DNA of 64,000 nucleotides from Callorhinchus milii (taxonomy: Eukaryota): positions 55,058,001 to 55,122,000 of the forward strand of contig NW_024704742.1 of assembly GCF_018977255.1 (NCBI RefSeq), given 5' to 3'. Position numbers and translations under genes: made by a program. Positions 1 to 11,190 of the stretch are shown here, piece by piece. Numbering within the stretch: position 1 is the stretch's first letter; every line of letters starts with the position of its first letter. The notes beneath the pieces are model-generated. The model saw only the letters and a program-made list of their open reading frames with translations, made no database searches and was not told the origin of the DNA.

Positions 1-1317
1 GCCGTCTTTGCTCCTATGTGCAGTTCTTTCTTCAGGTTCTTGCAGAGGCACAATACATATCCTGAATGACTGTAAGCTTTAGTGCCAATATAACTTGAAA
101 GAATGTAATTGCGAAGAGTAATCGTGTAGGGGATCCAAGGTCCATTGCAGTAATGATTGCATTTTAATCTGTGTTCCATCTCCATAAGTCTCTGCAGCCC
201 AATGGACTGGAAATGGACAAAATAGAAGTACAGTGACAGCTCTTAAAGCTAAATTAGCTTGTTTAAACCTAACCTTCTCACATTCTATTGTTTCCTGATT
301 TTTAAATTGTTGTAAACAAACACAATGATAGTCAGACAACAAAAACTTGCATTTATATGATATCCGTCACACAGCATAGCGTCTCGGAGGTCTTAATATT
401 AAGTAGTTGGATGCCGAGCCAGGGAGATAGGGTAGGTGACCACAGGCATGGTCAAAGAGGGAAGCCTTCAGGTGTGATCTGAAGACACAAAAAGATGTGG
501 CAAGGTGGAGGGACTGAGGCAGGGAGTTCCAGAGTGTCGGGGTGTAGTGACTGAAAGCATGGCCTCCGATGATGGAGCCGAGAAGTTGAAGGAAATGCAG
601 AAGGACAATAGTGATGTATTACAAAAAGACTGATGGCACAGATGCTTCTGCTGCTCATGTTTAGTCGACTGATCCAGCTACTTGTACTTGTTGAATTTGG
701 TGAATTTCTTAAATATTTTACCTTGTGCATTTTTGATCCATTCAAGTGTAAACGTCCTGGAATGCAGTGCAGTAATCGCAAGTCATTTCAAAAAGATACA
801 ATGATTCATTGTACATTGGTATCATTGCTTTAAAATATATATCAAGCTAAATAAAATTGATATTCTATATTAAATGTAAGATCTATTCTAGTTGAAGCAT
901 TATTAAGTATTATTAAGCATATTAATGAAACACCGATAATTTTAATTTAACATTTGACAAGAACTAATTTTTCAGATGTGTGTGAACAGGATTGGGCGTA
1001 AGAAGGGTTTGAGAATTCATGACACAACCCGTTCCTAATCCTAAAGTACCCAGTGGAGAGAAAGGAAGGAAAGACTGAAAGAGTTCTAACATAGATCACG
1101 TTCTCTTGGTCAAAGTAGCAACAGGTGTTGGCAAAACCTGACCAACAGGTTGCCTGCCTACATTGTTGGCTGCAAAATGGCATGTGATGTGGAGCCTATT
1201 TGTTTTAAAACTGAGATTTTGGGGAAAAAAGTAGTAACTCTAGAGCAGTTGTTGACAACCTGTGGCCCATGGGCCACTTTTGGTTCATGGTGGGATGTCA
1301 AGAAGTGGCCCGCAGAA

Positions 1318-1490
1318 CAACAACAACAAGATTGCATTTATAGAGCGACTTTCACGTCGGGAGGACATCCCAAGGCACTAGACAGTTGGGTTGGGACCCG
1401 AGCAGGGGGGAAATGGTCAGGGGGAGGGAAGGGAGGGAGCGAGGAGGGGGTAGAGAGTCGAGAGGGGAGCTGAAGGCACGGTTGAAGAGA
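1318..1490 (-). mobile_element. L2 3' tip
   Basis: Same 3' end as the young L2 ([22 protein letters not shown]), with tail. Confidence 0.88.
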
Positions 1491-2784
1491 ACACCTGCAT
1501 CAGTCCAGGCAAGTCCGCAGCAAATCAATACCTTGTTTCCGGTAGTTACTGAGCCACGACACCATGGTGCAGCAATAAATAAAGAAAAGTTCAATAAAGA
1601 AAAATGTATTTGGTTTGGCAACCACTTTTCTAGAGAACACCGAAAACTGCTAATTTCTTATTATTTTTTAAAAAAAACAAATGAAATAGATGTTTATTTT
1701 TGGAACTGCCGCCAGCAATCACATAATAATTCCAACCATTAATTTCACTCAATCCTCATTTCTGGAGCATTACAGCTCTGTAAAGGGTCTCAGCACCAAA
1801 GGTCAAGTACAAAACTGTACACCCAGAGCTCTGGTGGGAAGTTCAGTTTTGTTATAACGATAATACTGCTCTCCAGCAGAAAGTCGTTTTGTGTCATTCG
1901 TTCCCTGAAAGAATCCATCTCACTATCAATGCAGCAAATGTTTATTTTTAGTCTGTGCTGAAGTCGAGAGGAATGAAGATCTGGCGCTCCAAGATTATCG
2001 CACAGCATTGGAGTGTTCTAGAAATGAACAAGTTTATAACTGCAGCAATTATCTAATACAAATTGCTTCGATCATGAAAGAACTGGATGATAATAAAACA
2101 CATTTTACTTTTTTTGAACCTTTCTTTGAGTAATTGTCAAAGATTTTTTCTTAAAAAGAACAATTTACATTTATATAAGGCCTTTCATGTCAGGACATGT
2201 CAGAGTGCTTCACACAGCTGACGGGGGGGTTATGGGGGAGGGGCAAACATTCAGTCAAGAAACCTGAAAATTTAAAAGAAATGTAATACACAGGTACAGC
2301 TTGTGAGGATGAGGATTTTGTTTTTGAACAATCACGCATTATCAATCTGGTATCCCTGTACTTGTTAGTCAACTTTTCATACTCAAATTTTTTTTGTGCT
2401 AGATGTATTATTGTCTGGTTTCAAAGATATACGTCTTCTAAATTAAAACATTAAAAAGAATGTGAAAGAAAATTTCCATTTGCTGGTCTGTTTTCACAAA
2501 TAAATTCTAACCTCATCAAGAAGTAGCACAGGAAACTTTTCAATAGGGTTCCCCGATTGCATTTGCCAGATTAAGTATAGATCGAAAAAGGGCCAAGGTC
2601 AATCCCTGATCTCTACTGATTTATTAGATCTCAGCTGGGGAAAGATCTTCTAACTGCTATCTAGTGACACCTGGTGGAAATTGCACATTTGTCCACATTA
2701 TTTATAATGTAATAATAATAATCCTTGCGTTTGATACAAGATTATCAATATGTTTCAGCACACCCCCAACGTCACGTAAAGTTG

Positions 2785-3082
2785 GGGTGTGCTGTTTCCT
2801 TACTCCACACGCTTCTGTTTACCTAGCAGTAAATAGGAAGCCGGTTGATAGTCGATTGGTGGTTCACTTTTCCCGGGGTAATAATCCTTCAAAAAATATT
2901 TTCATTTAGTGATTCAATCCACGACTGTTTGTGGGAAATTGCTGTGCGCAATTGGCTGTCGCGTTTCACCCACAAACAGACAGTCAATTCACTTCACAAT
3001 ATATTCTGTGAAGCACTTTGAGACGCCTCGAGGACATGATGAGGCGCTATATCAAATGCAAGGATTATTATTTATATTATTA
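2785..3082 (+). mobile_element. Headless SINE (long form)
   Basis: Homologous to the body and tail of the 7745 copy. Confidence 0.85.
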
Positions 3083-3365
3083 TAAACGGTGGTATGATTG
3101 TCAACTTTATCTGAGGCAGTATCATGTTTGCAGTACATCAAGTTGAAACTCACTTCTAAAATAAGATGTTTAATGTCCACACAAAGAGGACCTTGGCTTG
3201 ACAGCTCATTCAGAGATCAGCACCTCAGACAATGTGGCACTCCAGTACCCGATTTAGACTGTGAGGTCCACGTTCCAACGTAGGTCTTCTGATCCAGAGG
3301 CGAGAGTATTATTAACTGAGCCCAGCCGACAAGAGGTGAGAGGATCATGATGAGACAACAACAAC

Positions 3366-3927
3366 GGGTCTTGAAGGAGTCAAGGGAGGGGGCGAGGGGG
3401 AGGGAGGGGCGAGCGAGGCGGGGGTAGCCCGCAGGGGGTTAGGAGTTCGCAGAGGTAGGGGGAAGCGAGGCCATGGAGGGCTTTGAAGGTGAGGACCAGG
3501 ATCTTGAACTGTACCCTTTGTGTGATGGGAAGTCAGTGGAGTCGGGCGAGGATGGGGGTAACAGGGTCGCGGAGCCTGGTGCGGGAGAGTTTTGGATGAT
3601 CTGCAGCCTATGGAGGAAGGAGTTGGGGAGGCGACAAGCAGTTTGTCTCTTTGACCGAGCCTTCAGCTCCCCTCTCGACTCTCTTCCTCCTCCTCGCTCC
3701 CTCCCTTCCCTCCCCTCACCCTGACCATTTCCCCCCTCCTCTCTCCCTCCCTTCCCTCCCCTCACCCTGACCATTTCCCCCCTCCTCGCTCCCTCCCTTC
3801 CCTCCCCTCACCCTGACCATTTCCCCCCTGCTCGGGTCATGACCCAACTGTGCAGCGCCTTGGGACGTCCTCCTGACGTGAAAGGCGCTCTATAAATGGA
3901 ATCTTGTTGTTGTTGTTGTTGTTGTTT
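3366..3927. mobile_element. L2 3' end (+, 3650-3927, with ~44-bp tandem 3' UTR units and (TTG)n tail) joined to an inverted upstream L2 piece (-, 3366-3640)
   Basis: The + part is nearly identical to the 3' end of the young L2 at 15747-16030. Confidence 0.88.
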
Positions 3928-3929
3928 GT

Positions 3930-4530
3930 AATGAAAGCGTATATGAGGGTTTTGTCAGCCTGCGGTGTGAGACGGTGGCGGAGCCGGGCGACGTTGCGGA
4001 GGTGGGGAAGGCAGAGTGGGTCATGGCACGGATGTGGGGTAGAAAGGACAGTTGAGGGTCAAACTTGATGCCAAGGGTCCGGACTGCCTCAGTGAGGTGG
4101 AGTGCGCAACCATGGACGGTGATGCTGTCAGCGCCTGAGGTGTGGAGGCGCTGACCGCAGCCAATCAGGAGAGCCTCGGTCTTGTTGACGTTCAACTGAA
4201 CAAAGTTGGCTCTCATCCAGGACTGACAGAGTTGTCGGGGCGTCGTGGCTGAAAGCGCGACCTCCGATGGCGGGACGGAGGGTGCGAGGGACCCCCGAGC
4301 AGGAGGCCGGCGCCCGTCGAGCGGAGGCGCCGGGTGGAGGATTGTGGAGCGAGGAGGTCGGAGAGGTCGGGAGGTGCCGGGGAGCGAAGGGATTTGACCA
4401 GGAGGGCGAGGATCTTGAAGGATCTTGGGACCAGGGTCAAGCGAAATCAGGTTCTGCCTATCCACGCGCAATACCGCACACAATCACGTTTGTAAAGCGC
4501 CTTTCGCACCGGGAGGACGTCCCAAACCGC
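3930..4530 (-). mobile_element. Rearranged L2 fragments
   Basis: [13 protein letters not shown]...FDPQLSFLPHI and FKILALLVKSL homology. Confidence 0.8.
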
Positions 4531-4531
4531 C

Positions 4532-4572
4532 GGGACAGGACAGGACAGGACAGGACAGGACAGGACAGGACA
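4532..4572. repeat. (GGACA)n microsatellite
   Basis: About 8 tandem GGACA units. Confidence 0.95.
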
Positions 4573-4955
4573 GCCCCCGAGCCGGGAAGGGCGAAACTAT
4601 GAGGGTGTTTGTATCCCATCCGAACGGAGAGAGGAACCCCCGTTTGCACGATTGAGGCGCCTGAAATCCGACGTTTTGCTTTCAGAGCCGGTTAACCGGT
4701 TGAATTATTAGAAGCCATCTAATGATATGATTAAAATTAAGTTAACAAATTAGCCATCGGTCGACTTGCTGTTTGACGTACTGCGCGATTGATCGGGACC
4801 CCCGGTCGGTCGATCATTTTCTTATTTTTTTTGTTTTTTAAAAAAAAAATACCGCGTGGCAAACAGGTTTTAAAGGACAAAAAAAAAAAAACCATAACGG
4901 ACAAAAAGTGTAAAGGAAAGTTTTGGGCGTTAAACCCTCCCCCCCACCCCCCCAC

Positions 4956-4964
4956 AAAAAAAAA
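4956..4964 (-). terminator. RNA polymerase III terminator (T9) of the tRNA-Leu gene
   Basis: A run of 9 A on + (T9 on -) begins 4 nt past the tRNA 3' end. Confidence 0.85.
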
Positions 4965-4968
4965 GTGT

Positions 4969-5080
4969 TGTCAGAAGTGGGATTCGAACCCACGCCTCCA
5001 GTCGGAGACCAGAAACCCCGCCCCGCACTGGGAAGGTACAACCTTGAGTCTGGCGCCTTAGACCACTCGGCCATCCTGAC
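4969..5080 (-). tRNA. tRNA-Leu(CAA) with 28-nt intron (5015-5042); mature 84 nt, long variable arm
   Basis: Reverse complement reads GTCAGGATGGCCGAGTGGTCTAAGGCGCCAGACTCAAG-[intron]-TTCTGGTCTCCGACTGGAGGCGTGGGTTCGAATCCCACTTCTGACA. This matches the canonical vertebrate intron-containing Leu-CAA genes. A and B boxes and acceptor stem are intact. Confidence 0.97.
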
Positions 5081-5459
5081 ACGCTGACAACACGCCGCCA
5101 GATACGCTCACATCACTGGCGGCCGCTGCTCGAGCTTTGCCTTGAAACCCACTGCCGTCCGCGCCGCGGATCTGCCTGAGCGCTGCCGGCGGCTCACAGC
5201 TGCCCTCCCCCTCCGCCTCCCCCTCCCCCGCCCCCGCCCCGAGCCTCGGCCGCGGGCACCGTTTTTTTTCGCGTACAAGAAAGCCGCTGCGTGAGCCACC
5301 AGAGTGCGCATGCTCGGAGCCGGCCATGTTGAGTGCGGCGACACGCAGGCGCAGTGCGGCCCCTCCCGGGCCCTCAGTGGGACAGTGAGAAGCGGTTCAG
5401 ATTGTCGCCGAGGAACGGCAGAGCAGCCCGTGACATCACAGCGCCGCGCACGCGCACTC

Positions 5460-5882
5460 GCCACTGCCACCCACCAATGTAACCGCCACTGTTACTGCCA
5501 CCGCCACTGCCACTGCCACCACCAATGCCACCGCCACTGCCACCGCCACTGCCACCCACCACTGCCTCCCACCAATATCAATGCCACTGCCACCGCCACT
5601 GCCACCTGCCAATGCCACCGCCACTGCCACCGCCACTGCCACCAGCCCACACCGGCCACTGCCACCTTCTACTGCCACCAGCCCACACGCCACTAGCCAC
5701 GCGCCACTGCCACCAGCCCACACCGGCCACTGCTACCAGCCCACACCGGCCATTGCCACCAGCCACTGCCACCCACCATTGCCACCAGCCCACACCGACT
5801 GCTGCCACTGGCCACTGCTACCAGCCCACACCAGCCACTGCCACCGGCCACTGCCACCGGCCACTGCCACCAGCCCACACCG
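5460..5882. repeat. Compound tandem repeat: (GCCACY)n hexamers grading into a ~23-bp unit GCCACCAGCCCACACCGGCCACT
   Basis: Read directly. It explains the low-complexity ORFs (HCHRHCH, PPPLPPP, VAVAVA, GGGS) in all frames. Confidence 0.92.
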
Positions 5883-5954
5883 GAGAAAATGCACCGGTCA
5901 CAGACAGTCAGACAATGATATTACACCAATTACAGTCAATGTTCAACCACCGTC

Positions 5955-6515
5955 AATAACAAATTACATTTGTAAAGAGCCTTTCACATCAGGAGGACAT
6001 CCCAAGGGGCTGGACAGTGAAGGGTCTGGACCCGAGTTGGGGGTTGGGATAAGGGAGGGCAGAAAGAATAGAGTGGCCGAAGGTGCGGTGAAAGAGGAGG
6101 GTTTTGAGGCATGTCTTGAAGGAGGCAAAGGAGGGGATGGAGCGAAGCAAAAGGGATGTGGGATGACGTTTCAAAGAGTCGAGGCAGAGAGGCTGAAAGC
6201 CTGGCCGCCGATGGTAGGGTGGGTTGGGCAGGGGACATTGAGCAGACAGAGCGGACAGGTTGATAGGGCATCAGCAGGTCAGAGACGTAGGAGGAGGCAA
6301 GGCCCTGAAGGGCCTTGAAGGCGAGGATGACGATTTTGAACTCTATCCTCTTGAGGGATGGGGAGCCAGTGGAGTCGGGCGAGGGTGGGGGCGATAGGGT
6401 CACGGAGCCTGGTGCGGGAGAGGACACAAGCTGCAGAATTCTGGATGATCTGCAGCTTGTGGAGGGAAAAATTGGGAAGCCCGACAAGCAGGGCGTTGGC
6501 GTAGTCGAACCTAGA
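5955..6515 (-). mobile_element. L2 3' fragment
   Basis: RFDYANALLVGLP...LARLHWLP, with tail. Confidence 0.9.
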
Positions 6516-7439
6516 TGTAATGGAAGATATATTCCACCAACACACCAACCACAGTCAATATTACTCCAAACACCGACCAAGGAGGGCCACAGACAAAAAA
6601 TTGTGCCAGAGCTGACAGCACAATAATTCTTGTCATAGGACTGTATTGTCTTTGTGATTTTAGCATACTGTATATAGTAATACAGAAATAAATTGACTAA
6701 ATTCACTGTAATTATCTGTTAAGTGCTTTGAAATGTTTTAATGTGATGAAGTGTTATAAAAATACAAATTATTTCTTGTATTTACTGGTGGGTTAATAGA
6801 ATCTCAGCAGTAAATTATGTAAACTTTTACATTAAATCTCAGTCGTGTTCTTTAGTGCTTGTTGCAGTGTGAGATATCTCATGTGTGAGAAGTCTGGACA
6901 ATTACAATATCGAGAAGAGGGTTACTTTACAGAATTTTTTAAAAATGTATATTTTTCTATCATTTCAGTGCAGCATAAAATGAATGTAAGGATTATTTTT
7001 ATATTGCAATGTTTGTAATTTAAGAAGATACATTTTAGGAGATAATATATTAATACAGGTTGTATATTGCAATATTTGCACTTATGATAAGATACATATT
7101 ACTAGATGATAAATTAGAGGAGTGTATTTATTGAAGTTTCTATCATGCCATTGCAGTATGTTTACTGCAGGGGTCACCCTTTTTGCAGACTTGAAAAAGC
7201 ACTTTATTGCAAGTATAAAATGAAACTTAATCAGATTCTGTGCAAGATTCACTTGAATCTGTTATTTGGATTCTTCTGAAAGTTGCAAAGAACACTTCCA
7301 GACACTGAACTCCTGCCAACTGCTGAAAAGTTAACCACCAAAGCAGCCAGACACAGTTTTACAGTTCCATTTGCAGCTCGAAAGTAAAACATATACAGAA
7401 AATATATTAATACAAGATAATACTGAGAAAACTTGTAAG

Positions 7440-7494
7440 ATGAAGCTTTGGATCGTTGTTTTGTTCATCGCCTTCAGCGAACTTGTACAAAAGG
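7440..7494 (+). CDS. PDGFRL: PDGFRL coding exon 1 (signal peptide MKLWIVVLFIAFSELVQK-G)
   Basis: ATG at 7440, hydrophobic leader resembling the PDGFRL N-terminus (MKVWLLL...), and a strong G|GTAAGT donor. Phase 1 matches exon 2. Confidence 0.88.
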
Positions 7495-7744
7495 GTAAGT
7501 GAGATTCAGTTGGACGTTCAGTTGCAGTAAAGATGCAGAAGTTTTATTTTGTCCTTTGTTCTGCTGGCTGTAGTCATTGATTTATTCAGCTGCAATTGAT
7601 TCTATTGATATGTTGCTGCATTTATTGAGCTGCTCTCACAGACTCAGTCTTATTGCAAGGGGTCCCTCAGTGAGTTTAAAATGTTATTTTGCAACTGAAC
7701 CACACTGTAAATATTTGTTATCGTTGCGGGTATGAACTAATTTA

Positions 7745-8337
7745 GAGTCCTGTAGCTCAGTAGTTAGAGCGTTCGCCTCGCGAGCAAGAGACCTGGGTTT
7801 GATTCCTGGCCGGGTGAAATGTTGGGAAAGTTTGCTTACTCCACACTCCTCTGTTTACCTAGCAGTAAGTAGGAACTCGGTTGTTAGTCGATTGGCGGAT
7901 CGCTTTTCCGGGGTGTAATAATTCCTTCAAAAAAAAATTGGTCACTCAATCCATGGCTGTTTGTGGGACACTGCTGTGCGCAATTGGCATTTCGCTCACA
8001 AATATCCAGTCAATTAATTTTATAGTATAAACAAAACAGAAAGTAACAGATGCTAGAAATCTGAAACAAAAACAGAAGTCACTGGGAACACTCAGCGGGT
8101 CAGGGAGTATCTATGGAGAAAGGAAAGTGAGTCAATGTTTTGGGTGCATGACCCTTCGTCATTGGAGTTCTGACAAAGGGTCATGGACACTCTCCTTTCT
8201 CCATAGATGCAGCCTGACCTGCTGAGTGTTCCCAGTAACTTCTGTTTTTGTTTCACTATACAGTATGTTCTGTGAAGCGCTTTGAGACGTCTCAAAGACG
8301 TGATAAGGCACTATATCAAATGCAAGGATTATTATTC
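7745..8337 (+). mobile_element. tRNA-derived SINE (long form) with L2-type tail, interrupted by a palindromic Penelope-type element
   Basis: GAGTCCTGTAGCTCAG head (A box), GGTTTGATTCC (B box), (ATT)n tail. Confidence 0.9.
8030..8255. mobile_element. Palindromic non-autonomous element (two inverted Penelope-type terminal units)
   Basis: Arms ~8062-8129 and ~8188-8255 are near-perfect reverse complements, with degenerate CTGANGA...GAAA cores in the centre. Confidence 0.8.
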
Positions 8338-9151
8338 TTATATCTAGACAGGCACTGAAGTCACTCACTACTGATGCCCCAAACTATTGCGTTAGATCCA
8401 TGTAAAACATTGTCAGTCTTTCGTATGAATAGGCATCTACTGTGTGTTTGCTGGGTCGAAGAGGATAGATCCCTCTTAATGGATCGGAAGGCAATAATCC
8501 ACATTATCTTTCCAATGGAGTTAGATACAAATCACAAGAATAAAGCAAGTCCAAGATCAATATTCAACCTCTTTGTTGCCTTGTAAGTTCATTGAGTGAA
8601 TGTTAATGCAAGTTTAATGTACGTTAATATAAGTGTTTATGTAAGTTTGGAATTTTCTTTGCAGTTATTCCTCTCATCTTTAATGGCACAACCTCCCCAC
8701 CTCTCCCCCAATTTGTGTTATGTTTGAGGATCTGAAAGTATATCTGTTTATGATCAAGAACTGGGAGAAATATTAGACTTGGGGTGGAGGGCATTTGTGC
8801 TATGAAGTTTTGCTTTTGGAATGATTTACAGGAAAATTCACCACAGTGTGTAAATGCCAGGAGCAAATTATTGGAGTGTTATATTATCCAAGGGTTTAAA
8901 TAATATTGGAAAATATGAGAACATTTTTATATTTCTTGTCAGAAACCCAAAATCCAAAGTATTGCCAGTTGAAATGTTTGCTTTTTTATGATAACTTACT
9001 GGAAAATTCCTTATCTGGTATATATTATACAGAAGTGCGCAATTGGCTGCCATGTTTCACCCACAAAATATACAGTCAATTCACTGAATTGATATCAAAG
9101 CCCCATATCACGACAGTTCAAATCATACATTGATACATGTAAATCGCTATC

Positions 9152-10912
9152 TCACTTGTGTTTGGGGCCCTGGACAGTGGTATGGGAGGAGATGAAAGGG
9201 GCGCAGGTATTGCAGCTTCTGCGCTGGGGTGGGAAGGTGCCGGGGGGAGGAGAGCAACTGTTGGTGGTGATGGAGGAATGAACCAGGGGGTCACGGAGGG
9301 AATGGTCCCTTCGGAATGCTGAGGGGGGAGGGAAAGATATGTTTAGTGGTTGGATCATGCTGGAGGTGCCAGAAATGATTGAGAATTATTTTTTGGATGT
9401 TGAGGCTGGTGGGGTGAAAGGTGAGGACTAGGGGGACCCTATCACGGTTCTGGGAAGAGGGGGTAGGGATGAGGGCAGAGGTGCAGGAAATAGGGCGGAC
9501 ACGGTCAAAGTCCCTGCCTACCACAGTGGATAGGATTCCTCAGTCGAGGATAAAGAAGGACACTTCAGTTGCTCTGGTGTGAAAGGTGGCATCATCAGAG
9601 CAGATGCAGTGAAGGCGGAGACACTAGGAAAAGGGAATGGAGTCTTTACAGGAGGTGGGGTGAGAGGAGGTGTAGTCCAGGTAACTGGAAGTTAGTGTGC
9701 TTGTAAAAGATATCTGTTGATAATCTATGCCTCGAGATGGAAATGGTGAAGTTGAGGAAGGGAAGAGAAGAGTCGGAGATGGACCATGTGAATGTTATGG
9801 AGGGGTGGAAGGTGGAAGCAAAATTGATGAATTTTTCCAGCTCACTGTGAGGGCAGGAAGCGGCCCCAACAAAGTTGTCAATGTATCTGAGGAACAGGTC
9901 AGGGAGCGAACCTGAGTAGGCCTGGAACAAAGAGTGCTCCAGATGGCCAACAAACAGACAGGCGTAGCTGGGACCCATGCGAGTTCCCATAGTGACAACA
10001 ACAGCAAAAACAAGTTACAATTATAGAGCACCCTTCACATCGGGAGGATGTCCCAAAGTGCTGAACAGTCAAGTATCGGGGCCCGAGCATCGGGGAGGGG
10101 TGGTGTAGGGGTGAGGGAAGGCAGAGAGGTGGGAGGGAGACCAAAGGCACAATCCACAAGAAGGGTCTTGAGACCGGCCTTGAAGAAGGGAGGAAGTGAG
10201 CCAAAGGGTCCGTGGGATGGAGTTCCAGAGTATGGGGGCAGAGAGGCTGAAAGCTCGGCCACCGATGGTAGGGCGGGTCGGGCGGGAGACATGGAGCAGC
10301 CCGGAGCCCACTGAATGGAGGGAGTGGGCAGGTGGTAGGGAGTCAGCAGATCAGAGAGGTAGGAGGGGGCAAGGCCATGGATGGCCTTGAAAGTGAGGAT
10401 GAGGATCTTGAACTCGATCCTCTAGGGGATGGGGAGCCAGTGGAGTCGGGCGATGGTGGGTGTGATGGAGTTGCGGAGCCTGGTGCATGAGATTACACGA
10501 GCTGCAGAGTTCTGGATGATCTGCAGCTTGTGAAGGGAAGAGTTGGGAAGGCCGATAAGGAGGGAGTTCCCGTATTCAAGCCTTGATGTGATGAATACAT
10601 GGGTGAGGGTTTTGGCAGCCTGAGGGGTGAGTTAGTGGAGGAGTCTGGCAATGTTGCAGAGGTGGTGGTAGGCAGTGCCGGTCATGGCGCGATGTGGGGG
10701 AGAAAGGACAGTTCAGGGTCAAACAAGACACCCAGGTTCCTGACTGGTTTAGTGAGGTTGAGTGTGCAGCCGTGGAGGTTGATGCTGCCAGTGCCCGAGG
10801 TGCCTGAGACACCATTTACTTGGAAGAAGTGGTTGGAGTTGAAGGTGAAGTTGTTGAAGCTCAGAACAAGTTCAGGCTGGCGGAGGAAGGTGGTGGTGGA
10901 TGGAAACTGGTT
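9152..10912 (-). mobile_element. Penelope-like (Poseidon-type) retroelement fragment: RT C-terminal half and linker toward the GIY-YIG domain
   Basis: ELVLSFNNFTFNSNHFFQVNGV / MGTRMGPSYACLFVG...LRYID..., RDRVPLVLTFHP, AFRRDHSLRD..LVHS..GTFP..RSCNTC. Confidence 0.9.
9998..10807 (-). mobile_element. L2 3' fragment nested in a Penelope element
   Basis: L2 3' homology. It splits the Penelope RT between ...NGV and TMGTRMGP, with GACA repeated at 9994-9997 and 10808-10811. Confidence 0.9.
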
Positions 10913-11190
10913 TGGCTGCTGTTTGAGTAAATGTTAACTTTTCCAGTGTGATAAGAAGGGCAAAATTGCACGATACAGAGAAGTGTGTGATTTTTCAGGC
11001 AGAAGGAACTTTGTAGGAATGTATAAATTGTGTGAAAAATGTAATATTTCCTAAACATCACATCACAAATGTGTTACAGAATGTTCCATTTTAGCTCTGT
11101 ATTTGAATTGATTGTTATTTACTGTGTCCATGGTGTTAATCACTGTTTGAATTGTATTTGTATTATATTACAGCATTTATATTATATTAT

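Larger units (their letters stand above)
4240..5470. promoter_or_regulatory. CpG island / probable Pol II promoter overlapping the tRNA locus
   Basis: Dense CpG in an otherwise CpG-poor window. GC boxes (ccccgcccccgcccc ~5226-5240), NRF1-like GTGCGCATGC (~5304-5313) and GCGCACGCGCAC (~5446-5458), YY1-like CGGCCATGTT (~5321-5330), CRE-like TGACATCA (5431-5438). Confidence 0.7.

Noticed and set aside
5460..5882. CRISPR-like array
   Set aside because: No unique spacers. It is a eukaryotic tandem repeat.
5304..6318. His/Cys-rich, Pro-rich and Val/Ala ORFs
   Set aside because: By-products of a hexamer-based tandem repeat, running into an L2 fragment. No splice or homology support.
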